From the human T2T-CHM13v2.0 reference genome, Homo sapiens, in the NCBI RefSeq assembly GCF_009914755.1, contig NC_060936.1: DNA of 64,000 bases; one strand, given 5' to 3'. Below are positions 27,001-42,100 of the stretch, one piece after another. The first letter of the stretch is position 1, and every line of letters begins with the position of its first letter. The position numbers and the translations under genes were made by a program. The notes beneath the pieces are model-generated. The model searched no databases and had not been told where the DNA came from. It saw only the letters and a program-made list of their open reading frames with translations.

Positions 27001-30000
27001 CAGACTTTACAAAGACAGTGTCTCGAAACTCCTCCATCAAAAGAAAGGTTATACTCTGTGAATTGAACGCACACATCACAAAGTAGTTTCTGAGAATGAT
27101 TCTGTCTAGTTTTTATACGAAGATATTTCCTTTTCTACATTTGGCCTAAAAGCGCTTGAAATCTCCACCTGCAAATATCACAAAAAGAGGGTTTCACATC
27201 TGCTCTGTCTAAAGGACAGTTCACCTCTGTGAGTTGAATAGAGGCAACACAAAGAACTTACTGAGTATTCTTCTTTCTAGCGTTCTATGAAGAAATCCCG
27301 TTTCCAACGAAGGCCCCAATGAGGTCCAAATATCTGCTTGCAGACTTTACAGACAGAGTGTTTCCAAACTACTCTATGAAAAGAAAGCTTAAACTCCTTG
27401 AGTTGAACGCACACATCACAAAGTAGTTTCTGAGAATGATTCTGTCTAGTTTTTATACGAAGATGTTTCCTTTTCTACATTTGGTCTCAAAGCGATTGAA
27501 ATCTCCAACTGGAAACTGCACAAATAGGGTGTTTCAAATCTGCTCTGTCTAAAGGAAGGTTCAACTCTGTGAGTTGAATACACACACCACAAATAAGTTA
27601 CTGAGAATTCTTCTGTCGAACATTACTTGAAGAAATCCCTTTTCCAACGAAGACCTCAAAGAGGTCCAAATATCCACTTGCAGACATTACAAACAGAGTG
27701 TTTCCAAACTGCTCCATCAAAAGAAAGGTTAAACTCTGTGAGCTGAACACACACATCAAAAAGAAGTTTCTGTGAATGATTCTGTCTAGATTTTATAAGA
27801 AGATGTTTCCTTTTCTACCGTAGGCCACAAAGCGCTTGAAATCTCCAGCTGCAAATTCCACAAAAAGGGTGTTTAACATCTGCTCTTCTAAAGGAAAGTT
27901 AAACTCTATGCGTTGAATACACACAGCACAAAGAAGTTACTGAGACTTCTCCTATCAAACATTATATGAAGAAATCGCGTTTCCAACGAAGGCCTCAAAG
28001 AAGTCCTAATATCCACTTGCAGACATTACAAACAGAGTGTTTCCAAACTGTTCCATCAAAAGAAAGGTTAAACTCTGTGAGCTGAACACACACATGAAAA
28101 AGAAGTTTCTGTGAATGATTCTGTCTAGATTTTACACGAAGATGTTTCCTTTTCTACCTTTGGTCTCAATGCGATTGAAATCTCCACATGGAAACTCCAC
28201 AAAAAGAGTGTTTCAAATCTGCTCTTTCTGAAGGAAGGTTCAACTCTGTGAGTTGAATACACACACCACAAATAAGTTACTGAGAATTCTTCTGTGTAAC
28301 ATTATATGAGGAAATCCCGTTTCCAACGAAGGCCTCAAAGAGGTCCAAATATCCACTTGCAGACTTTACAAAGACAGTGTCTCCAAACTCCTCCATCAAA
28401 AGAAAGGTTATACTCTGTGAATTGAACGCACACATCACAAAGTAGTTTCTGAGAATGATTCTGTCTAGTTTTTATACGAAGATATTTCCTTTTCTACATT
28501 TGGCCTAAAAGCGCTTGAAATCTCCACCTGCAAATATCACAAAAAGAGGGTTTCACATCTGCTCTGTCTAAAGGACAGTTCACCTCTGTGAGTTGAATAG
28601 AGGCAACACAAAGAACTTACTCAGTATTCTTCTTTCTAGCGTTCTATGAAGAAATCCCGTTTCCAACGAAGGCCCCAAAGAGGTCCAAATATCTGCTTGC
28701 AGACTTTACAGACAGAGTGTTTCCAAACTGCTCTATGAAAAGAAAGCTTAAACTCCTTGAGTTGAACACACACATCACAAAGTAGTTTCTGAGAATGATT
28801 CTGTCCAGTTTTTATACGAAGATGTTTCCTTTTCTACATTTGGTCTCAAAGCGATTGAAATCTCCAACTGGAAACTGCACAAATAGGGTGTTTCAAATCT
28901 GCTCTGTCTAAAGGAAGGTTCAACTCTGTGAGTTGAATACACACACCACAAATAAGTTACTGAGAATTCTTCTGTCGAACATTACTTGAAGAAATCCCGT
29001 TTCCAACGAAGGCCTCAAAGAGGTCCAAATATCCACTTGCAGATATTACAAACAGAGTGTTTCCAAACTGCTCCATCAAAAGAAAGGTTAAACTCTGTGA
29101 GCTGAACACACACATCAAAAAGAAGTTTCTGTGAATGATTCTGTCTAGATTTTATAAGAAGATGTTTCCTTTTCTACCGTAGGCCTCAAAGCGCTTGAAA
29201 TCTCCAGCTGCAAATTCCACAAAAAGGGTGTTTAACATCTGCTCTTCTAAAGGAAAGTTCAACTCTATGAGTTGAATACACACAGCACAAAGAAGTTACT
29301 GAGACTTCTCCTATCAAACATTATATGAAGAAATCCCGTTTCCAACGAAGGCCTCAAAGAGGTCCAAATATCTGCTTGCAGACTTTAAAGACAGAGTTTT
29401 TCCAAACTGCTCCATCAAAAGAAAGGTTAAACTCCTTGAGTTGAACACACACATCACAAAGTAGTTTCTGTGAATGATTCTGTCTAGTTTTTATACGAAG
29501 ATGTTTCCTTTTCTACCTTTGGTCTCAAAGCGATTGAAATCTCCACATGGAAACTCCACAAAAAGAGTGTTTCAAATCTGCTCTTTCTGAAGGAAGGTTC
29601 AACTCTGTGAGTTGAATACACACACCACAAATAAGTTACTGAGAATTCTTCTGTGTAACATTATATGAGGAAATCCCGTTTCCAACGAAGGCCTCAAAGA
29701 GGTCCAAATATCCACTTGCAGACTTTACAAAGACAGTGTCTCCAAACTCCTCCATCAAAAGAAAGGTTATACTCTGTGAATTGAACGCACACATCACAAA
29801 GTAGTTTCTGAGAATGATTCTGTCTAGTTTTTATACGAAGATATTTCCTTTTCTACATTTGGCCTAAAAGCGCTTGAAATCTCCACCTGCAAATATCACA
29901 AAAAGAGGGTTTCACATCTGCTCTGTCTAAAGGACAGTTTACCTCTGTGAGTTGAGTAGAGGCAACACAAAGAACTTACTCAGTATTCTTCTTTCTAGCG

Positions 30001-33000
30001 TTCTATGAAGAAATCACGTTTCCAACGAAGGCCCCAAAGAGGTCCAAATATCTGCTTGCAGACTTTACAGACAGAGTGTTTCCAAACTACTCTATGAAAA
30101 GAAAGCTTAAACTTCTTGAGTTGAACGCACACATCACAAAGTAGTTTCTGAGAATGATTCTGTCTAGTTTTTATACGAAGATGTTTCCTTTTCTACATTT
30201 GGTCTCAAAGCGATTGAAATCTCCAACTGGAAACTGCACAAATAGGGTGTTTCAAATCTGCTCTGTCTAAAGGAAGGTTCAACTCTTTGAGTTGAATACA
30301 CACACCACAAATAGGTTACTGAGAATTCTTCTGTCGAACATTACTTGAAGAAATCCCGTTTCCAACGAAGGCCTCAAAGAGGTCCAAATATCGACTTGCA
30401 GACATTACAAACAGAGTGTTTCCAAACTGCTCCATCAAAAGAAAGGTTAAACTCTGTGAGCTGAACACACACATCAAAAAGAAGTTTCTGTGAATGATTC
30501 TGTCTAGATTTTATAAGAAGATGTTTCCTTTTCTACCGTAGGCCTCAAAGTGCTTGAAATCTCCAGCTGCAAATTCCACAAAAAGGGTGTTTAACATCTG
30601 CTCTTCTAAAGGAAAGTTCAACTCAATGAGTTGAATACACACAGCCCAAAGAAGTTACTGAGACTTCTCCTATCAAACATTATATGAAGAAATCCCGTTT
30701 CCAACGAAGGCCTCAAAGAGGTCCAAATATCTGCTTGCAGACTTTACAAAGACAGTGTCTCCAAACTCCTCCATCAAAAGAAAGGTTATACTCTGTGAAT
30801 TGAACGCACACATCACAAAGTAGTTTCTGAGAATGATTCTGTCTAGTTTTTATACGAAGATATTTCCTTTTCTACATTTGGCCTAAAAGCGCTTGAAGTC
30901 TCCACCTGCAAATATCACAAAAAGAGGGTTTCACATCTGCTCTGTCTAAAGGACAGTTCACCTTTGTGAGTTGAATAGAGGCAACACAAAGAACTTACTC
31001 AGTATTCTTCTTTCTAGCGTTCTATGAAGAAATCCCGTTTCCAACGAAGGCCCCAAAGAGGTCCAAATATCTGCTTGCAGACTTTACAGACAGAGTGTTT
31101 CCAAACTACTCTATGAAAAGAAAGCTTAAACTCCTTGAGTTGAACGCACACATCACAAAGTAGTTTCTGAGAATGATTCTGTCTAGTTTTTATACGAAGA
31201 TGTTTCCTTTTCTACATTTGGTCTCAAAGCGATTGAAATCTCCAACTGGAAACTGCACAAATAGGGTGTTTCAAATCTGCTCTGTCTAAAGGAAGGTTCA
31301 ACTCTGTGAGTTGAATACACACACCACAAATAAGTTACTGAGAATTCTTCTGTCGAACATTACTTGAAGAAATCCCGTTTCCAACGAAGGCCTCAAAGAG
31401 GTCCAAATATCCACTTGCAGACATTACAAACAGAGTGTTTCCAAACTGCTCCATCAAAAGAAAGGTTAAACTCTGTGAGCTGAACACACACATCAAAAAG
31501 AAGTTTCTGTGAATGATTCTGTCTAGATTTTATAAGAAGATATTTCCTTTTCTACCGTAGGCCTCAAAGCGCTTGAAATCTCCAGCTGCAAATTCCACAA
31601 AAAGGGTGTTTAACATCTGCTCTTCTAAAGGAAAGTTCAACTCTATGCGTTGAATACACACAGCACAAAGAAGTTACTGAGACTTCTCCTATCAAACATT
31701 ATATGAAGAAATCCCGTTTCCAACGAAGGCCTCAAAGAGGTCCAAATATCTGCTTGCAGACTTTAAAGACAGAGTTTTTCCAAACTGCTCCATCAAAAGA
31801 AAGGTTAAACTCCTTGAGTTGAAGACACACATCACAAAGTAGTTTCTGTGAATGATTCTGTCTAGTTTTTATACGAAGATGTTTCCTTTTCTACCTTTGG
31901 TCTCAATGCGATTGAAATCTCCACATGGAAACTCCACAAAAAGAGTGTTTCAAATCTGCTCTTTCTGAAGGAAGGTTCAACTCTGTGAGTTGAATACACA
32001 CACCACAAATAAGTTACTGAGAATTCTTCTGTGTAACATTATATGAGGAAATCCCGTTTCCAACGAAGGCCTCAAAGAGGTCCAAATATCCACTTGCAGA
32101 CTTTACAAAGACAGTGTCTCCAAACTCCTCCATCAAAAGAAAGGTTATACTCTGTGAATTGAACGCACACATCACAAAGTAGTTTCTGAGAATGATTCTG
32201 TCTAGTTTTTATACGAAGATATTTCCTTTTCTACATTTGGCCTAAAAGCGCTTGAAATCTCCACCTGCAAATATCACAAAAAGAGGGTTTCACATCTGCT
32301 CTGTCTAAAGGACAGTTCACCTCTGTGAGTTGAGTAGAGGCAACACAAAGAACTTACTCAGTATTCTTCTTTCTAGCGTTCTATGAAGAAATCACGTTTC
32401 CAACGAAGGCCCCAATGAGGTCCGAATATCTGCTTGCAGACTTTACAGACAGAGTGTTTCCAAACTACTCTATGAAAAGAAAGCTTAAACTTCTTGAGTT
32501 GAACGCACACATCACAAAGTAGTTTCTGAGAATGATTCTGTCTAGTTTTTATACGAAGATGTTTCCTTTTCTACATTTGGTCTCAAAGCGATTGAAATCT
32601 CCAACTGGAAACTGCACAAATAGGGTGTTTCAAATCTGCTCTGTCTAAAGGAAGGTTCAACTCTTTGAGTTGAATACACACACCACAAATAAGTTACTGA
32701 GAATTCTTCTGTCGAACATTACTTGAAGAAATCCCGTTTCCAACGAAGGCCTCAAAGAGGTCCAAATATCCACTTGCAGACATTACAAACAGAGTGTTTC
32801 CAAACTGCTCCATCAAAAGAAAGGTTAAACTCTGTGAGCTGAACACACACATCAAAAAGAAGTTTCTGTGAATGATTCTGTCTAGATTTTATAAGAAGAT
32901 GTTTCCTTTTCTACCGTAGGCCTCAAAGTGCTTGAAATCTCCAGCTGCAAATTCCACAAAAAGGGTGTTTAACATCTGCTCTTCTAAAGGAAAGTTCAAC

Positions 33001-36000
33001 TCAATGAGTTGAATACACACAGCCCAAAGAAGTTACTGAGACTTCTCCTATCAAACATTATATGAAGAAATCCCGTTTCCAACGAAGGCCTCAAAGAGGT
33101 CCAAATATCTGCTTGCAGACTTTACAAAGACAGTGTCTCCAAACTCCTCCATCAAAAGAAAGGTTATACTCTGTGAATTGAACGCACACATCACAAAGTA
33201 GTTTCTGAGAATGATTCTGTCTAGTTTTTATACGAAGATATTTCCTTTTCTACATTTGGCCTAAAAGCGCTTGAAGTCTCCACCTGCAAATATCACAAAA
33301 AGAGGGTTTCACATCTGCTCTGTCTAAAGGACAGTTCACCTTTGTGAGTTGAATAGAGGCAACACAAAGAACTTACTCAGTATTCTTCTTTCTAGCGTTC
33401 TATGAAGAAATCCCGTTTCCAACGAAGGCCCCAAAGAGGTCCAAATATCTGCTTGCAGACTTTACAGACAGATTGTTTCCAAACTACTCTATGAAAAGAA
33501 AGCTTAAACTCCTTGAGTTGAACGCACACATCACAAAGTAGTTTCTGAGAATGATTCTGTCTAGTTTTTATACGAAGATGTTTCCTTTTCTACATTTGGT
33601 CTCAAAGCGATTGAAATCTCCAACTGGAAACTGCACAAATAGGGTGTTTCAAATCTGCTCTGTCTAAAGGAAGGTTCAACTCTGTGAGTTGAATACACAC
33701 ACCACAAATAAGTTACTGAGAATTCTTCTGTCGAACATTACTTGAAGAAATCCCGTTTCCAACGAAGGCCTCAAAGAGGTCCAAATATCCACTTGCAGAC
33801 ATTACAAACAGAGTGTTTCCAAACTGCTCCATCAAAAGAAAGGTTAAACTCTGTGAGCTGAACACACACATCAAAAAGAAGTTTCTGTGAATGATTCTGT
33901 CTAGATTTTATAAGAACATATTTCCTTTTCTACCGTAGGCCACAAAGCGCTTGAAATCTCCAGCTGCAAATTCCACAAAAAGGGTGTTTAACATCTGCTC
34001 TTCTAAAGGAAAGTTCAACTCTATGAGTTGAATACACACAGCACAAAGAAGTTACTGAGACTTCTCCTATCAAACATTATATGAAGAAATCCCGTTTCCA
34101 ACAAAGGCCTCAAAGAGGTCCAAATATCCACTTGCAGACATTACAAACAGAGTGTTTCCAAACTGTTCCATCAAAAGAAAGATTAAACTCTGTGAGCTGA
34201 ACACACACATGAAAAAGAAGTTTCTGTGAATGATTCTGTCTAGATTTTATACGAAGATGTTTCCTTTTCTACCTTTGGTCTCAATGCGATTGAAATCTCC
34301 ACATGGAAACTCCACAAAATGTGTGTTTCAAATCTGCTCTTTCTGAAGGAAGGTTCAACTCTGTGAGTTGAATAAACACACCACAAATAAGTTACTGAGA
34401 ATTCTTCTGTGTAACATTATATGAGGAAATCCCGTTTCCAACGAAGGCCTCAAAGAGGTCCAAATATCCACTTGCAGACTTTACAAAGACAGTGTCTCCA
34501 AACTCCTCCATCAAAAGAAAGGTTATACTCTGTGAATTGAACGCACACATCACAAAGTTGTTTCTGAGAATGATTCTGTCTAGTTTTTATACGAAGATAT
34601 TTCCTTTTCTACATTTGGCCTAAAAGCGCTTGAAATCTCCACCTGCAAATATCACAAAAAGAGGGTTTCACATCTGCTCTGTCTAAAGGACAGTTCACCT
34701 CTGTGAGTTGAATAGAGGCAACACAAAGAACTTACTCAGTATTCTTCTTTCTAGCGTTCTATGAAGAAATCCCGTTTCCAACGAAGGCCCCAAAGAGGTC
34801 CAAATATCTGCTTGCAGACTTTACAGACAGAGTGTTTCCAAACTACTCTATGAAAAGAAAGCTTAAACTCCTTGAGTTGAACGCACACATCACAAAGTAG
34901 TTTCTGAGAATGATTCTGTCTAGTTTATATACGAAGATGTTTCCTTTTCTACATTTGGTCTCAAAGCGATTGAAATCTCCAACTGGAAACTGCACAAATA
35001 GGGTGTTTCAAATCTGCTCTGTCTAAAGGAAGGTTCAACTCTGTGAGTTGAATACACACACCACAAATAAGTTACTGAGAATTCTTCTGTCGAACATTAC
35101 TTGAAGAAATCCCGTTTCCAACGAAGGCCTCAAAGAGGTCCAAATATCCACTTGCAGATATTACAAACAGAGTGTTTCCAAACTGCTCCATCAAAAGAAA
35201 GGTTAAACTCTGTGAGCTGAACACACACATCAAAAAGAAGTTTCTGTGAATGATTCTGTCTAGATTTTATAAGAAGATGTTTCCTTTTCTACCGTAGGCC
35301 TCAAAGCACTTGAAATCTCCAGCTGCAAATTCCACAAAAAGGGTGTTTAACATCTGCTCTTCTAAAGGAAAGTTCAACTCTATGCGTTGAATACACACAG
35401 CACAAAGAAGTTACTGAGACTTCTCCTATCAAACATTATATGAAGAAATCCCGTTTCCAACGAAGGCCTCAAAGAGGTCCAAATATCTGCTTGCAGACTT
35501 TACAGACAGAGTGTTTCCAAACTGCTCCATCAAAAGAAAGGTTAAACTCCTTGAGTTGAACACACACATTACAAAGTAGTTTCTGTGAATGATTCTGTCT
35601 AGTTTTTATACGAAGATGTTTCCTTTTCTACCTTTGGTCTCAAAGCGATTGAAATCTCCACATGGAAACTCCACAAAAAGAGTGTTTCAAATCTGCTCTT
35701 TCTGAAGGAAGGTTCAACTCTGTGAGTTGAATACAAACACCACAAATAAGTTACTGAGAATTCTTCTGTGTAACATTATATGAGGAAATCCCGTTTCCAA
35801 CGAAGGCCTCAAAGAGGTCCAAATATCCACTTGCAGACTTTACAAAGACAGTGTCTCGAAACTCCTCCATCAAAAGAAAGGTTATACTCTGTGAATTGAA
35901 CGCACACATCACAAAGTAGTTTCTGAGAATGATTCTGTCTAGTTTTTATACGAAGATATTTCCTTTTCTACATTTGGCCTAAAAGCGCTTGAAATCTCCA

Positions 36001-39000
36001 CCTGCAAATATCACAAAAAGAGGGTTTCACATCTGCTCTGTCTAAAGGACAGTTCACCTCTGTGAGTTGAGTAGAGGCAACACAAAGAACTTACTCAGTA
36101 TTCTTCTTTCTAGCGTTCTATGAAGAAATCACGTTTCCAACGAAGGCCCCAATGAGGTCCGAATATCTGCTTGCAGACTTTACAGACAGAGTGTTTCCAA
36201 ACTACTCTATGAAAAGAAAGCTTAAACTTCTTGAGTTGAACGCACACATCACAAAGTAGTTTCTGAGAATGATTCTGTCTAGTTTTTATACGAAGATGTT
36301 TCCTTTTCTACATTTGGTCTCAAAGCGATTGAAATCTCCAACTGGAAACTGCACAAATAGGGTGTTTCAAATCTGCTCTGTCTAAAGGAAGGTTCAACTC
36401 TTTGAGTTGAATACACACACCACAAATAAGTTACTGAGAATTCTTCTGTCGAACATTACTTGAAGAAATCCCGTTTCCAACGAAGGCCTCAAAGAGGTCC
36501 AAATATCCACTTGCAGACATTACAAACAGAGTGTTTCCAAACTGCTCCATCAAAAGAAAGGTTAAACTCTGTGAGCTGAACACACACATCAAAAAGAAGT
36601 TTCTGTGAATGATTCTGTCTAGATTTTATAAGAAGATGTTTCCTTTTCTACCGTAGGCCTCAAAGTGCTTGAAATCTCCAGCTGCAAATTCCACAAAAAG
36701 GGTGTTTAACATCTGCTCTTCTAAAGGAAAGTTCAACTCAATGAGTTGAATACACACAGCCCAAAGAAGTTACTGAGACTTCTCCTATCAAACATTATAT
36801 GAAGAAATCCCGTTTCCAACGAAGGCCTCAAAGAGGTCCAAATATCTGCTTGCAGACTTTACAAAGACAGTGTCTCCAAACTCCTCCATCAAAAGAAAGG
36901 TTATACTCTGTGAATTGAACGCACACATCACAAAGTAGTTTCTGAGAATGATTCTGTCTAGTTTTTATACGAAGATATTTCCTTTTCTACATTTGGCCTA
37001 AAAGCGCTTGAAGTCTCCACCTGCAAATATCACAAAAAGAGGGTTTCACATCTGCTCTGTCTAAAGGACAGTTCACCTTTGTGAGTTGAATAGAGGCAAC
37101 ACAAAGAACTTACTCAGTATTCTTCTTTCTAGCGTTCTATGAAGAAATCCCGTTTCCAACGAAGGCCCCAAAGAGGTCCAAATATCTGCTTGCAGACTTT
37201 ACAGACAGATTGTTTCCAAACTACTCTATGAAAAGAAAGCTTAAACTCCTTGAGTTGAACGCACACATCACAAAGTAGTTTCTGAGAATGATTCTGTCTA
37301 GTTTTTATACGAAGATGTTTCCTTTTCTACATTTGGTCTCAAAGCGATTGAAATCTCCAACTGGAAACTGCACAAATAGGGTGTTTCAAATCTGCTCTGT
37401 CTAAAGGAAGGTTCAACTCTGTGAGTTGAATACACACACCACAAATAAGTTACTGAGAATTCTTCTGTCGAACATTACTTGAAGAAATCCCGTTTCCAAC
37501 GAAGGCCTCAAAGAGGTCCAAATATCCACTTGCAGACATTACAAACAGAGTGTTTCCAAACTGCTCCATCAAAAGAAAGGTTAAACTCTGTGAGCTGAAC
37601 ACACACATCAAAAAGAAGTTTCTGTGAATGATTCTGTCTAGATTTTATAAGAACATATTTCCTTTTCTACCGTAGGCCACAAAGCGCTTGAAATCTCCAG
37701 CTGCAAATTCCACAAAAAGGGTGTTTAACATCTGCTCTTCTAAAGGAAAGTTCAACTCTATGAGTTGAATACACACAGCACAAAGAAGTTACTGAGACTT
37801 CTCCTATCAAACATTATATGAAGAAATCCCGTTTCCAACAAAGGCCTCAAAGAGGTCCAAATATCCACTTGCAGACATTACAAACAGAGTGTTTCCAAAC
37901 TGTTCCATCAAAAGAAAGATTAAACTCTGTGAGCTGAACACACACATGAAAAAGAAGTTTCTGTGAATGATTCTGTCTAGATTTTATACGAAGATGTTTC
38001 CTTTTCTACCTTTGGTCTCAATGCGATTGAAATCTCCACATGGAAACTCCACAAAATGTGTGTTTCAAATCTGCTCTTTCTGAAGGAAGGTTCAACTCTG
38101 TGAGTTGAATAAACACACCACAAATAAGTTACTGAGAATTCTTCTGTGTAACATTATATGAGGAAATCCCGTTTCCAACGAAGGCCTCAAAGAGGTCCAA
38201 ATATCCACTTGCAGACTTTACAAAGACAGTGTCTCCAAACTCCTCCATCAAAAGAAAGGTTATACTCTGTGAATTGAACGCACACATCACAAAGTTGTTT
38301 CTGAGAATGATTCTGTCTAGTTTTTATACGAAGATATTTCCTTTTCTACATTTGGCCTAAAAGCGCTTGAAATCTCCACCTGCAAATATCACAAAAAGAG
38401 GGTTTCACATCTGCTCTGTCTAAAGGACAGTTCACCTCTGTGAGTTGAATAGAGGCAACACAAAGAACTTACTCAGTATTCTTCTTTCTAGCGTTCTATG
38501 AAGAAATCCCGTTTCCAACGAAGGCCCCAAAGAGGTCCAAATATCTGCTTGCAGACTTTACAGACAGAGTGTTTCCAAACTACTCTATGAAAAGAAAGCT
38601 TAAACTCCTTGAGTTGAACGCACACATCACAAAGTAGTTTCTGAGAATGATTCTGTCTAGTTTATATACGAAGATGTTTCCTTTTCTACATTTGGTCTCA
38701 AAGCGATTGAAATCTCCAACTGGAAACTGCACAAATAGGGTGTTTCAAATCTGCTCTGTCTAAAGGAAGGTTCAACTCTGTGAGTTGAATACACACACCA
38801 CAAATAAGTTACTGAGAATTCTTCTGTCGAACATTACTTGAAGAAATCCCGTTTCCAACGAAGGCCTCAAAGAGGTCCAAATATCCACTTGCAGATATTA
38901 CAAACAGAGTGTTTCCAAACTGCTCCATCAAAAGAAAGGTTAAACTCTGTGAGCTGAACACACACATCAAAAAGAAGTTTCTGTGAATGATTCTGTCTAG

Positions 39001-42000
39001 ATTTTATAAGAAGATGTTTCCTTTTCTACCGTAGGCCTCAAAGCACTTGAAATCTCCAGCTGCAAATTCCACAAAAAGGGTGTTTAACATCTGCTCTTCT
39101 AAAGGAAAGTTCAACTCTATGCGTTGAATACACACAGCACAAAGAAGTTACTGAGACTTCTCCTATCAAACATTATATGAAGAAATCCCGTTTCCAACGA
39201 AGGCCTCAAAGAGGTCCAAATATCTGCTTGCAGACTTTACAGACAGAGTGTTTCCAAACTGCTCCATCAAAAGAAAGGTTAAACTCCTTGAGTTGAATAC
39301 ACACATTACAAAGTAGTTTCTGTGAATGATTCTGTCTAGTTTTTATACGAAGATGTTTCCTTTTCTACCTTTGGTCTCAAAGCGATTGAAATCTCCACAT
39401 GGAAACTCCACAAAAAGAGTGTTTCAAATCTGCTCTTTCTGAAGGAAGGTTCAACTCTGTGAGTTGAATACAAACACCACAAATAAGTTACTGAGAATTC
39501 TTCTGTGTAACATTATATGAGGAAATCCCGTTTCCAACGAAGGCCTCAAAGAGGTCCAAATATCCACTTGCAGACTTTACAAAGACAGTGTCTCGAAACT
39601 CCTCCATCAAAAGAAAGGTTATACTCTGTGAATTGAACGCACACATCACAAAGTAGTTTCTGAGAATGATTCTGTCTAGTTTTTATACGAAGATATTTCC
39701 TTTTCTACATTTGGCCTAAAAGCGCTTGAAATCTCCACCTGCAAATATCACAAAAAGAGGGTTTCACATCTGCTCTGTCTAAAGGACAGTTCACCTCTGT
39801 GAGTTGAATAGAGGCAACACAAAGAACTTACTGAGTATTCTTCTTTCTAGCGTTCTATGAAGAAATCCCGTTTCCAACGAAGGCCCCAATGAGGTCCAAA
39901 TATCTGCTTGCAGACTTTACAGACAGAGTGTTTCCAAACTACTCTATGAAAAGAAAGCTTAAACTCCTTGAGTTGAACGCACACATCACAAAGTAGTTTC
40001 TGAGAATGATTCTGTCTAGTTTTTATACGAAGATGTTTCCTTTTCTACATTTGGTCTCAAAGCGATTGAAATCTCCAACTGGAAACTGCACAAATAGGGT
40101 GTTTCAAATCTGCTCTGTCTAAAGGAAGGTTCAACTCTGTGAGTTGAATACACACACCACAAATAAGTTACTGAGAATTCTTCTGTCGAACATTACTTGA
40201 AGAAATCCCTTTTCCAACGAAGACCTCAAAGAGGTCCAAATATCCACTTGCAGACATTACAAACAGAGTGTTTCCAAACTGCTCCATCAAAAGAAAGGTT
40301 AAACTCTGTGAGCTGAACACACACATCAAAAAGAAGTTTCTGTGAATGATTCTGTCTAGATTTTATAAGAAGATGTTTCCTTTTCTACCGTAGGCCACAA
40401 AGCGCTTGAAATCTCCAGCTGCAAATTCCACAAAAAGGGTGTTTAACATCTGCTCTTCTAAAGGAAAGTTAAACTCTATGCGTTGAATACACACAGCACA
40501 AAGAAGTTACTGAGACTTCTCCTATCAAACATTATATGAAGAAATCGCGTTTCCAACGAAGGCCTCAAAGAAGTCCTAATATCCACTTGCAGACATTACA
40601 AACAGAGTGTTTCCAAACTGTTCCATCAAAAGAAAGGTTAAACTCTGTGAGCTGAACACACACATGAAAAAGAAGTTTCTGTGAATGATTCTGTCTAGAT
40701 TTTACACGAAGATGTTTCCTTTTCTACCTTTGGTCTCAATGCGATTGAAATCTCCACATGGAAACTCCACAAAAAGAGTGTTTCAAATCTGCTCTTTCTG
40801 AAGGAAGGTTCAACTCTGTGAGTTGAATACACACACCACAAATAAGTTACTGAGAATTCTTCTGTGTAACATTATATGAGGAAATCCCGTTTCCAACGAA
40901 GGCCTCAAAGAGGTCCAAATATCCACTTGCAGACTTTACAAAGACAGTGTCTCCAAACTCCTCCATCAAAAGAAAGGTTATACTCTGTGAATTGAACGCA
41001 CACATCACAAAGTAGTTTCTGAGAATGATTCTGTCTAGTTTTTATACGAAGATATATCCTTTTCTACATTTGGCCTAAAAGCGCTTGAAATCTCCACCTG
41101 CAAATATCACAAAAAGAGGGTTTCACATCTGCTCTGTCTAAAGGACAGTTCACCTCTGTGAGTTGAATAGAGGCAACACAAAGAACTTACTCAGTATTCT
41201 TCTTTCTAGCGTTCTATGAAGAAATCCCGTTTCCAACGAAGGCCCCAAAGAGGTCCAAATATCTGCTTGCAGACTTTACAGACAGAGTGTTTCCAAACTG
41301 CTCTATGAAAAGAAAGCTTAAACTCCTTGAGTTGAACACACACATCACAAAGTAGTTTCTGAGAATGATTCTGTCCAGTTTTTATACGAAGATGTTTCCT
41401 TTTCTACATTTGGTCTCAAAGCGATTGAAATCTCCAACTGGAAACTGCACAAATAGGGTGTTTCAAATCTGCTCTGTCTAAAGGAAGGTTCAACTCTGTG
41501 AGTTGAATACACACACCACAAATAAGTTACTGAGAATTCTTCTGTCGAACATTACTTGAAGAAATCCCGTTTCCAACGAAGGCCTCAAAGAGGTCCAAAT
41601 ATCCACTTGCAGATATTACAAACAGAGTGTTTCCAAACTGCTCCATCAAAAGAAAGGTTAAACTCTGTGAGCTGAACACACACATCAAAAAGAAGTTTCT
41701 GTGAATGATTCTGTCTAGATTTTATAAGAAGATGTTTCCTTTTCTACCGTAGGCCTCAAAGCGCTTGAAATCTCCAGCTGCAAATTCCACAAAAAGGGTG
41801 TTTAACATCTGCTCTTCTAAAGGAAAGTTCAACTCTATGAGTTGAATACACACAGCACAAAGAAGTTACTGAGACTTCTCCTATCAAACATTATATGAAG
41901 AAATCCCGTTTCCAACGAAGGCCTCAAATAGGTCCAAATATCTGCTTGCAGACTTTAAAGACAGAGTTTTTCCAAACTGCTCCATCAAAAGAAAGGTTAA

Positions 42001-42100
42001 ACTCCTTGAGTTGAACACACACATCACAAAGTAGTTTCTGTGAATGATTCTGTCTAGTTTTTATACGAAGATGTTTCCTTTTCTACCTTTGGTCTCAAAG
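21050..42100. repeat. Duplicated 7-HOR block, period 8833 bp; second copy expanded internally
   Basis: Units at 21050 and 29883 share acagtttacc, ataggttact and atatcgact. The unit series match at +8833 and then at +12570 (27165/39735, 28524/41094). Confidence 0.87.
32261..39734. repeat. Nested tandem duplication of a 6-mer+8-mer+8-mer block, period 3737 bp
   Basis: ggtccgaatat occurs only at ~32420 and ~36157. Units 32261/35998, 33280/37017 and 34639/38376 match. Confidence 0.9.
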
